This document shows positions 46,836-57,962 of a stretch of 64,000 bases of DNA, piece after piece (position 1 is the first letter of the stretch; every line of letters starts with the position of its first letter). The stretch lies in NCBI GenBank assembly GCA_001643675.2, contig LSRY02000012.1, forward strand, positions 62,001 to 126,000, in the 5' to 3' direction. The notes under the pieces were generated by a model. The model did not search any database. It had not been told where the DNA came from and saw only the letters and a program-made list of their open reading frames with translations. A program made the position numbers and the translations under genes. The DNA is from Monocercomonoides exilis PA203 (lineage: Eukaryota > Protista > Preaxostyla).

Positions 46836-47396
46836 ATATTTCTTCACATGAATGATTTAAAGGGTAATTGTCATCAATTATTGAGATATTATCAGTCTCA
46901 AAACAGCTATTATTATTTTTGGAAGTGCTTCATTCAACTTGAAAAGTTGCAAGCGTTTCATATCTGGGTTAAATAAAAATATTCCTTTTTTGCAATTTTT
47001 GGTGATATATTCGTCGAACTTCAAGAACTTGCAACTTTCTATAAGAAAACTCACCTAATGTGAGAATTTGAACAAATTGCTGAAATTTGATGGATTTATC
47101 CAAACTTGTGAAACTTTGTGACTTGACAACAATATTGATTTCCTGAACCCGAGAGATAATTTTTTCTTCAATTCCTCAATAATGAAAACGATAATTTTCG
47201 ATGTTATTATTATGAAAATTTAATCCAAATAAGCTAAAAATTAATATTCATTTTTCAATTAGGATTTTTTCATAAAATCCAATTTGGAAATTATTGAACG
47301 TTGGACTGTCAGTGATGTCAGTGACTGTAAATGGAGTTTGAATTTGGTAGGGAAGAAATTCAGTATTTATTTATTAGACAAAGAAAATTTTGAATA

Positions 47397-47774
47397 CAGA
47401 TATCGCAAAAAACACCGGACATCGCACAAAATACCGGACAAGATCGATTTCACAATAACTGCAAGAGGAATAATTCTGGCAATTTTCCTCAAAATATATC
47501 TCATTAATACAAACTCATTTGATATGCAAATCTTTCAAAACTTCCTCGTTTTTGCTCAGAAAAAATTAATGATTAAAATCTTGGAGAAACTCATAATCCT
47601 GTTTCTCCGAGAATTAAATAATGAAATGTTTTGAGCAAAAACGAGGAAGTTATGAAAGTCTCGTTTATCAAACGAGTTTGTATTAATGAGATATATTTTG
47701 AGGAAAATTGCCAGAACTATTCCTCTTGCGGTAATCGAGAAATCGATCTTGTCCGGCATTTTTTGCGATATCTG
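47397..47774. mobile_element. Foldback MITE copy 1 (378 bp, TA flanks, whole-length palindrome)
   Basis: TA|CAGATATCGC...GCGATATCTG|TA. The arms are complementary almost to the centre (inner stem GGAGAAAC/GTTTCTCC). The right end lacks one 19-bp subrepeat. Confidence 0.88.
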
Positions 47775-48007
47775 TAATAATTTGTCGAAATTTTTTTGAA
47801 AATTTCCTTTCGTTTTATTTTCAACAACAATAAAAATTGCATATTTTGAAAAAATTTCTGTTCCCACTCACGAAACTTAACTGTAATGAATTCAAAATCT
47901 AGACAATGTTTATATTTCCATTGCAGGGAAGTTTCGAAAGTGGAAACAGAAATATGATCAAAATAAGAAAAAAATTTTTTTGACGAAAATAAAACAAAAG
48001 GAACTTA

Positions 48008-48402
48008 CAGATATCGCATAAAATACCGGACATCGCACAAAATACCGGACAAGATCGATTTCACAATAACCACAAGAGGAATAATTCTGACAAATTTCCT
48101 CAAATATATCTCATCAATACAAACTCACGTGACGTTCAAGACTTTCAGGACAGCTTCGCTTGAGCTCAGAAAAAATTCTTCTTAAAATTTCGGAGAAATA
48201 GGATTTTGGGTTTCTCCGAGATTTCGATATATACTTTTTCTGAGCTCAAGCGAAGCTGTCCTGAAAGTCTTGAACGTCACGTGAGTTTGTATTGATGAGA
48301 TATATTTTGAGGAAATTTGTCAGAATTATTCCTCTTGTGGTTATTGTGAAATCGATCTTGTCCGGTATTTTGTGCGATGTCCGGTATTTTATGCGATATC
48401 TG
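48008..48402. mobile_element. Foldback MITE copy 2 (395 bp, TA flanks, near-perfect palindrome)
   Basis: TA|CAGATATCGCATAAAATACCGGACATCGCACAAAATACCGGACAAG... The arms 48008-~48175 and ~48235-48402 differ only by a 1-nt indel in an A run. Inner stem CGGAGAAA/TTTCTCCG. Confidence 0.92.
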
Positions 48403-49150
48403 TATCTTAAAAAAAAAAAAAAATGAAGACATATGAAATGAACAAATTAATGAAAATTAATTTATGCAACGATATCATATTTAATCTATCAAAATTAATA
48501 TTTTAATAAAAACCAACACTGACGTGGATTTTCAATTATTGACGGACTTGACAAAGATTTTTTATTTCTAACGCAAGTTAAGATTTATCACCAAAATTTA
48601 TCAAATAAGGAACATTTGTATTCAATACAGATATTAAACACCCGTGACTTTTCAAAAAGAATAACCAATATCAATAATGGTCCATTTTTGCTTTTAGTCA
48701 CTCTGAACTTTATATCAGTTCTCAATAGAAAATAAGAGTTACAATGAGGAAAAAGATATCTCAAAAGATCGATGCAAAAAAGGAAATTTCTTGATTAACA
48801 TATTGAATATGATCAATGCCATTTGCAAATAATTATTATTTGCGTCTTGAAAAGTGAAAATAAAAAAATAACATTGGAATTTTTTCTTATGAGTGAAATA
48901 GTCGATTGAATCAAAAATAGATGTGATTCAATATGAAATTTGGATTATCAATAAAGTCCAATCGAATTTTTATCCATTTTCAAATTTTGTTGCTTTGCAT
49001 TTATGTTCAATTTTTTTATTTGCATCAATAATTTATCGTCATAACCATCCGTGAAATGAAAGAGCTTAAATATAACAAAAAATTCATAAATCAAAAATGA
49101 AAAAAGTACTGATTTGATTTTCAAATAAAATGAAAAGAGTGTGTATAAAT

Positions 49151-50446
49151 TTAATCTGAATGAAATGTACTTTGATAGTCCTGCATTTCTTTTTCTTTTT
49201 GCTTTTCTGAATCTGCCAATTCTTTTTGGGCTTGTTCCCATGTTATTTTTCTCCCAACCAACCGTAAAATGATTAGCTTTTCTCTCAAATCAACATCAGG
49301 TCTGTATGGAAGACCCATCTTTTCTGCAATCATTTTCCCAACATTAGAAGCATACAGTTGCGCATCGTGTTGCTCTTCTATGGATGGATTGTACACATCC
49401 AAAATTTCCAAGCGGAAATTGTTGTAAAATTGTGTCAGCATGCTGTATATCATATCGAACACTGAATTTGTATCCCAATTCAGACAGCAATGTTTGTGAG
49501 GATAGCATAAAATAAATGGACGCACAGGCTTTCCACTCAAAAATGCTCCTTTTCTGAATCTTGTCAAACATGTTCCATTGTTAGTTGTACCTTCAGCGAA
49601 CACAAGTGGAGTATATTCCCCTTTAAGCATAAAAAATAACAAAAATAAAAAATTGTATCCAATAAGAAAATGATGATTTTTTAAAAATTTATCACATACC
49701 TTTTACAGGGCTTTCAATTCTTTGTCTTAGAACTTCTGTTGCACTGGGATGTGTCTTTTTCAGTTCTGGATCTCTGTATTGTACAAGACCTCTCATAATC
49801 TTCATCATGAATGAGACATAAGGAGCACTTGCAACTGAATCCTTTGCCATAATTGATGGTAAACCAAAGTAAGCAGAAAGAAAGAATACATCCAACAGAG
49901 ACATATGAGGTCCAATAAGTGGATATGGTTGATCAACAACATATCGAGGAAGATCAGCTGGATTATTTGACAATGGACGGTTTTTTGTATGATCAATAAC
50001 AGTGATGTGATAAAATCCGAAAGAGATCATAAGAAGACGTCCCCAAATAAAATATACCATTTGACTGCATCTTCTCCTCCACTTCGGAGCAGGATTGTCC
50101 CAATCCTAAGATGCGAAAATTAAAAAAAAAGCAATTTTGCAAAAAAGAAAGATTGGGAAACCTTATAACCGATATACACAATTCTTTGCATTATGTAATG
50201 CATGATAAAGCATACTAAAGCAAGTACAATTCTGATAAAAGCAACTCCAGGCCCTGGGAAAACATAACGTTTGAAAGCCTCAAAAAATGTCTAATTCATA
50301 AAACAAAATATTTATCATCCCATCTTCTCATGCTTATATTTTTATTATGAAAAACACACATGTGGATAATGAATATGAATGTAGCAGCCCAATTTTGGAT
50401 GCTTTCTGCATTTCTGATACAGCCCTTGAGGCATCGACTCAGACAT
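49151..50446 (-). CDS. Lysophospholipid acyltransferase (LPCAT/LPEAT, PlsC family), multi-exon
   Basis: PHMSLLD (HX4D), VFAEGTTNNG..FRKGAF..GKPVRP, and N-terminal hydrophobic segments. Confidence 0.88.
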
Positions 50447-50595
50447 CTCAAAATCCTAATATTTATTTTATATGTTAATGTGCATATATATTAAATAATA
50501 AAAAAACGAATACAATGTGTTTTTAAAAGAAAAACAAAAGCTTTTCTTTTGTCGTTTTATAGTGATGGTTCATCTGATCGTTGTGTTTGTAAGTG

Positions 50596-53500
50596 ATGGC
50601 GTTTGCTTTTGATGTTTATTCACAAAAATAATAAAAATTTGATGATTGTTATATTAATTACTTCATTGTTTGTTTAATTAAAAATCTATTTTCTAGAACG
50701 AGGATCCCTTTTCGTCCTGGCTATGAGCTTTATCCAACACTTTTTGAAGGATTAAAGCGCATATACAATGAAGGAATGAAACAACTCGAAATATCGATAA
50801 AATTTGATGCATTTCAAGGGTTAGAATTTATTTATTTTCTTTCATGTACTTCGAAAACTTTTACTGATTTTTTTTCTTTTGACTTCGTGCTCACTAGACC
50901 TGTATTATCTGATGCCGATATTGACGCAAAACCTTTCGTTGTTGTAATTGGTTTGAAATTACTTTCCCTTCCAACTTCATTCAATTATTTTCTTTCTCAA
51001 AAATAGGATCTCGTTCTTGTGGAAAGGCTTGCATTCTTCATAAAGATCATATCAATTTTGTATTCTTTTTTTATAGACTGCATTTATTGATCTTATTTTA
51101 GGGCAGCCATACCCTGGACAATGTCTAAAGTTTGAATAATTTCTTCTTTTCATTATGAAAACATTATTTAAATACAACAGTCCCGAAGCTGGAACCACTC
51201 ATTTCAATGTTATTTTTGGAGGAAATAGTGAAAGTCATATGTTTGGGTATGCTCATGTATATTAATGTTTCATCTTTTTATGTGATTGCATTTGCGAAAA
51301 ACAGAGACGAAGCAGTTCGCAATTCTGATCTTCCATTTTCATCCATGCAAAGCCTTGGGCAAGAAGTGATTGATCAAATGAACATCTGCGTTTCCACCTG
51401 TCCGTTGCTGAAGCACATGACAATTGTGGACACTCCTGCTCTTGGCGAAGGGGGATGTGCACTGAATGGGAAGTGGTATATGATGGCTGAGTGGTTTCTT
51501 CTCAGAGCAAGTGCCATCTTTTTGGTGTGCGACGAGCGCGGATTGGGCGAAAACAGTGAGGAATTAGCGTTGATTGGGCGGATAATGCAGATGTGCGGGG
51601 ATCGGCTTCGAATTGTGCTGAATGCGAAGTGCGGGTGCAGCCCTCGGAAAGTGGTTGACACGATGTCTTCGTTTATGTGGGCGCTCTCTCGCACGATGTC
51701 TGTCCCGAAGCCTCCGCACGTGTTCATCGGCTGCTTCAGAAGGGGCGATCCGTGTGCATCCAGCGCACCATCGCTGGTTGATTCGGCCTCGTCTTCTCTC
51801 CCCGCCCGCACGGCTGTTCAGAACGAAGGCATCCATATGCTGTTCAAAGACGAGCTCAGGGTGATTGTGGGCGAGCTGAGCCATCTGCCCCACACAGTCG
51901 CGCAGCAGAGGCTGACAACCATCGTCCGCCGCGCAAAACTGTTGAGGGCGGTGGCTGCGACACTGGCACACCTCAAAGAGGAGCTGCCTCATTTTGGGAA
52001 GGACAAGAAGAAATCAGAAGTTTGCATGAGAGTGTTGATATGATAAGTACTGGCAATGTTATGACGCCATTTCTTTTCTTTTTATTTCACTGCTACTTCG
52101 AATGAGAATGCGGAGGAAAGACGATATTTCATGTTTTATGCTCTTTTACTTTTTTATTTCTTTGACTTATTCTCCAGTTACTCGCCAATATTACCAATGT
52201 GTTTGAAGTGGTAGCCAAAAACTACGAAATTCCCATCGGAGATTTTCCGGCTCCTCAGCCATTTGCTCAGCGTATTTCTCCGATGGACTGGTTGGAATTC
52301 AAGAAAATGGATGTCATCAAAAGCAACTTTGTTAAGTTGCAGAAGGTTTGAACAGCTTTTTATTGAGCGTTAATTCCGATCCTCTCAATAATCTACCTAA
52401 TTCATCCCCCCTGTTCTTTTTTTTTTTTCTTTATTCCATCTTCAAATTCTTCCTTTTCTCAACTGCATACCATTATCCACACACATCTTCCTTTCCATTC
52501 AGATTCTCACAGTTGATGTGCCTCGCCTGGTGGATGACTATCCGCTGCAGCTGATTCTTCTGTCCTCTTCTGTCAATCCCTTCGACGCCGACCCCCGTTT
52601 CACAGACCGGTGGAGCATGACAGCTGAGCAGGAGCAGAAGTACCGCAGTGTGTTTGTCTCCATCATCGAAGGCATCTTCAGCGGAGGCGTGGCCACCCAG
52701 CCGGGTGTCTCGTCGATCCCTGCGTATGTCAACCCGCTCTCGCTGCCCCTCTCCCAGCCGAGCATCCAGCCCTTCCTCTCCCGCAGCAGCCTCTCCCCGC
52801 CCATGCTGAAGGCCCTGTGGAACTTGGCAGACTCAGACAAGGACAACAAGCTCAACTACATCGAATTCCTCGTCGCAATGCATCTTTTGCGGAGGGCAAA
52901 GGAAGACGGCGGACTTCCTCTTTCGCTGCCTCCTTCTTTCTCCGAAGGGCTGAAGCAGCGCTATGCGGCAGACATGCAACTCACAGACGAGCAGAAGAGA
53001 CAGCTGGCTGAGAAGAACAAGCTGAGTGCAGCTGTTTCGGTGATCCCTTCTGTAGCTCAGCCCGCTCGCCCAGCTGTTTATGTGCCCCCGCCTTCAAAAC
53101 CACCCCCAACTTCTGCTCAAACAGAGACTCGGCCGCCTTCTGTTTCTCTTTCTTCTTCTGCTTCTTCTGCTTTCTCTTTCTCTTCTTCCTCTTCTCCTTC
53201 TTCTGTTTCTTCTTCTTCTGCTCCATCGACAGCTGTTCAGCCACCCAGTCATCCAGCCCCCACACTCAATCGTTCGAAGTCAAAATCTGCTGCACCTGGC
53301 ACAACTTTTGGCTCAGCCTCATCTTCTTCCACAGGCCCTGCACAGACATCTGCTCAGCCAACAGATTCATTCTTCTTCTTTTCAGAGAAAGCTGGCGGGA
53401 CATCAGAACTGTCTGATTCATCGTCATCAACATCATCTTCTTCTGTCAGCCAGTCCTCCACTCATTCTGCAGCTGTCTCTGCATTTTCTGCTGTTTCTCT

Positions 53501-54761
53501 GTCTTCCTCAGCCTCAGACACATCCTCAATGAACACATCCTCAATGAACACATCCTCAATGGGCTCGTCTTTCACTCAGTCCACAAAGACACCCCCTCTT
53601 TCCTTGTCCACTGCCCCGCCGTCGCATCAGCCGCCATCTGTGCCGAGACCTCCGCCAACAACACCGCCACCTCCGCCAGCTGATGGCAGAAGAGGAGCAT
53701 CTCCAATGCCAATGCAGAAGTCAGCCAATTCGCCTCAGATGCAGACAGACATGACGAATTCAAAGGCATCAATGTCTTCTACCTCGTCTTCTTTGTCTCC
53801 TCAGCAGACTTCAGTGTCATTCAGCTTCTCTTCTTCTCAGAAGCAGCCACAGCAGTCTCCAGCAAGTGCAGATGTCGCCGCTTTCTTCTCGTTCTCGTCA
53901 AACACAAAGGCCACACCTGATCCTTCGCCTTCTTCTGTGAATGCGTCTCAAGATTTGCTCTTTTCTCTGCCAAACACAACAGCCAGTGCTGCTCCTTTAT
54001 CCACCTCTCAGCCACACAGCACACCTTCTCCTCAAAAGAAAGAGAATGAAATGAGCCCCGTAAAAGACACACAAACATTCTTTCCACTCGACGCATCGTC
54101 CTTTTTCTCGCCTTCAAAATCGCCTTCTGTTTCATCTTCTCCTTCGGCCCCGTCGCCAAAACCAGCTGCTTCTCAAACAGCTTCCATTTGGGGAACTTCA
54201 AGTGCTTCTTCCACTTCTTCTTCTTCTCCTTCAACAACAACAATATCTTCTTCTTCTTCATCTGCCTCTTCTTTCCCTTGGAACTCTTTCTCTTCCAACA
54301 CACAAAGCACATCTTTTCCTTCTGCTGGCAGCGGTGGAACAGCTCAGATGAACAGCTCTCAGCCTTCATCTGCACAGAATTCTCCTTGGATGAACTTCCC
54401 TTCTTCTTCCACTTCTTCCACTTCTTCTTCCTCTCCCTCTCCCTCTTCCTCTTCTTCTGCTTCTGCATTTGGCGTTTTGTCCACTTCAGCCACACAGCCC
54501 CAGCCTTCTTCCTCTCCCTCTTCCTCTCCTTCTTCTGTTTCCTCTTCTTCCTCTTCCTCTTCTTCTCCTTCTGTCGTCTTCTTCTCCAATCCTCTCACAG
54601 CAAAGCAGCCATCAATGAATACAAACCATTCTCAGCCTTCTCCTCCTTCCCAGTCGAATCCAGTCGCAGCAGATGTCCTTTCGCTCTTCGACAACCCTCC
54701 TTCTTCGTCAAATACAGCTGCTTCTTCCAGTCCTTCTCCACCTGCCAATTCGTTTTGGTGA
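50596..54761 (+). CDS. Divergent EHD/RME-1 family dynamin-like ATPase with EH domain and ~600-aa Ser/Pro tail, ~9 exons
   Basis: Spliced LFEGLKRIY..DADIDAKPFVVVIGSRSCGKTAFI..YPG..PEAGT..IVDTPA..RIVLN..FMWALSR..VFIGCF..PIGDFP..DVPRL..NPF, then the EH domain (LKALWNLADSDKDNKLNYIEFLVAMHL..LPLSLP). Confidence 0.88.
53518..53561 (+). repeat. 15-bp coding tandem repeat x3 (NTSSM)
   Basis: ACACATCCTCAATG recurs three times at a 15-nt period inside the EHD tail. Confidence 0.9.
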
Positions 54762-55180
54762 TTTGCTATCATGTTTTTGATCTCAAAGCAACAAATATTC
54801 CTGTGCCGGAATTATTTATCCTTGTTTTTTCTTCGCTGTTTCATTTTTTTGTGAATTTACGAGCGATTTTCTTTGAGGACAATGTTTTGTCGTTAATCAT
54901 TCTTCATATTTTTTGTAATTGTTAAGGCTTTTTGTTTTCTGTATAATTTGCTGTGTAATCTTCAAATATTGAGTAAATGAAAATTTAAAAATTTTCTTGC
55001 AAATCATTATTTCTTCAAGAAACATATATAGAAATAAAATCGATTAATTGACTTTAAGCAAGAATGATAAAGAAAAGATTGCAATTATTGGTTCATGAGA
55101 TGGATTTTCGCCTTTATATTTTCATTAAGGGCATTCTGGAAAATTTTTAAATGTGATTTTCTGTCCTAACCTAGACTCTG

Positions 55181-57844
55181 ATGGCAGAAGAAGTTTGTAA
55201 TTCAACATTCAACAAATTAACAAACAACCTTTATAGGATAGCTTTTCTTGTTCTGCACTGTTGAAAGATATTGAAACATTTGAAAAAGAATGTGGAAAAG
55301 TAAAGTTTCAGAACCCCGAGCAAATTGCAGACATTTTTGATACATTTTTCTGTACTATATTTAGAGCAACATTATCTGGATTATCAGGGTTGCTTGAACG
55401 TTTTTATGTTTCAGCTGAGAAATCAATTGTTTCTCCAAAATTGTTTGCTTTATGCTGCGGAGCATCTAGTAAGCGAGTGCAAGCAAAAGTACTTCGACTC
55501 CTTTCATGGCTGCTATCAAATTCTTTTCCAAACCAATGGCCTCCACAATTTATTAGTGATTGCTGGTCATTTATTCTTTCATCTCCTTCTCAAATCCAAG
55601 CTTCTTCAAATGAAAGCTCTTCAACAATATTTCAAACGAAAGGATCAAGAGCAACTTATGATTCATTTCGTTGGTCGTTTTTCTTGTTTCGTGAATCTCT
55701 TCTTGCAAGAGGACTTGTATCAATTTTGACAGATCTTCAATTCCAAGTAAATCAGATTAAAAGTCAAGAACTTGGAGAAGGTGATAGCATTGAGCGTTAC
55801 GAGAAGTTTTCTGATGCCCAATCCGAGGATTGTGATGAAAGCAGTTTTGCACCTGATGTTGGAATTCATAAAAAGAATGATGTAATTGAACGATTGATAC
55901 TTAGTTATATGCTTAATGCTAGTGATACTAACATTTCTTTCGATAGATTTTTGCCAATGTTAAAGAGCGTCAAAGGTTTTTGAATTCCACTACAATTTTT
56001 ATTCATTTGAATGTTTTGCTTTTTTTGTCTTTTTTTTTATAGCTGAAATAAGTGAAATCTTCTCTTCTCTTGTTCTTGTATCTCAAGCACTTTCTCTTTC
56101 ATATGCATGCAGAAACGAAGAAAAAATCAAGATGAAAGAAAGAAAGGAATATTCGTCAGGTGATGAAGAAGATCTCAACGAGTTAAATGAAGAACACGCA
56201 GTTAAACATAAACGTCTAGTCGTTGATGATGATGATGACGATGACATTCAATCGTCAGAATCAGAAGAAGAAAAATTCTACAAAAAGAAAGATATTCCCA
56301 GAAAATTACATTCAAACGAATATGTTTCTGAAGTATCCCTGATGATGGATACTGTTCCAGACAAAGTTGCTATCGAAAAAGGAAAGCAAGTGATACTGAG
56401 CTTGTTTCGAGTAAGTAAAGAGAAGACAGCTATGCTCGTTTTTAAGGCTGTCATATGCGATGTCAGAGCTACTTTTACTCGAATAAGTAAGGATTCATTT
56501 TCTTTACGACAACGTAATCGTCTTTCGTTGACCCTTCCCGCAAACACCCCTTTTCGTTGCTTTAGGCAAATTATTTCAGAGATATTAAAGCCATCTCAGT
56601 CTCTTATAGCCGCTCAAGACTTATCTTATGAACTGGAAGCAGAATGCGCAAGATACATCTCCATGAGACTTTGCTCTGCAGCATCTTTTGAATGCCTCCA
56701 CAGAAAAGGTTTGCCTCATGCGAAATAGCTTATTGATATATTTTATATTCTTTCATTTCTTGAAGAACTTAGCATGTTTCTGACGTATCTATCCAACTTT
56801 CTTGAAGAGTCACCTTTTCTTTTTCAGTTATGTATTCAAATTCTGAGGGCTAATCAAGAAGATAATGAATATTCACATAGCACTGGAATTGCATATGCAT
56901 TTAGCCAACAAGATGCAAGGCTGTGTGCTGTCTCCATTCTTCGTGCACAATTTGGATCGGCTTATTTTATCAATCAACAACAATCATCACATGAAAATGA
57001 TGATTTGCCGAAAAATCCTTCAATGGAATCTTCTTCAACTACGTTATTGAGAGCATCTTCGCATCATCCAATCAAACTATCAGCGCTTGCAAAGATTTTT
57101 GCGTCATCAGCGCTGTATGATCCATACTATTTGGTTAGAAGATCTTCGCTGCTTGGACTTATCGCTTTGCCAGTGTCCATCAAAGGGAAAATGACATTGC
57201 TAAGTGTTAAAGTGTTTGATATAAGTCAGCCTGTGAGAAAAACAGCACTTGAGCAACTGCGAATACTCAATGCACACATTGAATGGAAAGATTGCTCCAC
57301 CGAAAAAGATGGATGTATTGATGAGCAAAAGCAAGACGTGTCTGATTCTCCGTTTTCATTCGCTTGGCTCCATCGTCTTTTGGCGATTCCATTAACAACC
57401 ACGAAAGATGCACGATTTGAGAGAGAGATACATAACTTTGGTGTGTAAACCGTTTTTAATCTCAAAATAAAACAATTTTTTTATTTCGATTTAGTTGGTA
57501 CAATCATGGAAAGAGGTGATATGCCTCCTTCAAAGTTTTTGCAGGATATGAGAATGACTGACAATTCTTCACTTTTTGAAGCATCCTTAAGAGCTCACAG
57601 CGACTCATTAATGCACAAAGAAAATGAGATACAAAATGCTATGGACAGCTCAACAAATTTGGAAGCATCAAAAAGCGAAATGCACCAAGATAGAGAGGAA
57701 AATGAAATATTACAAACGTCTCATGAATTTTCACTTAAAGATGAAAAGGCTTCATCAAAGAGAAGAAAGATTGATGAAGTACAAGAAGAAGTGAAGTCTA
57801 GTGTTGAATATTCTGAGGATATTTCCTCTCCTTTACTTTTCTAG
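55181..57844 (+). CDS. Hypothetical protein with HEAT/ARM-like repeats, multi-exon (start uncertain)
   Basis: Consecutive same-strand ORFs (55261-55983, 56132-56728, 56774-57448, 57506-57844) are separated by GT..AG introns. HEAT-like YDPYYLVRRSSLLGL and FDISQPVRKTALEQL. Confidence 0.6.
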
Positions 57845-57962
57845 TTTCAAAAAATTGATCAAATTTTCTGTAATAAAAAATTTAAATATAAAGAATTATA
57901 ATTTGCGTTTTTTCAAATATATATTTGAGTATTAGATAATTAGCTCGAGTATATAATAGTTC

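Noticed and set aside
47284-47867. Opposite-strand ORFs 47284..47634 (+) and 47556..47867 (-) sharing the peptide DKIDF.ITARGI.LAIFLKIYLINTNSFD
   Set aside because: A by-product of the MITE palindrome, not genes.
47397-48402. CRISPR-like or prokaryotic defence system
   Set aside because: No repeat-spacer periodicity and no cas or operon-like genes; the context is intron-containing eukaryotic DNA.
56774-57448. Condensin CAP-G assignment for the HEAT-like protein
   Set aside because: The similarity is limited to two generic HEAT motifs.
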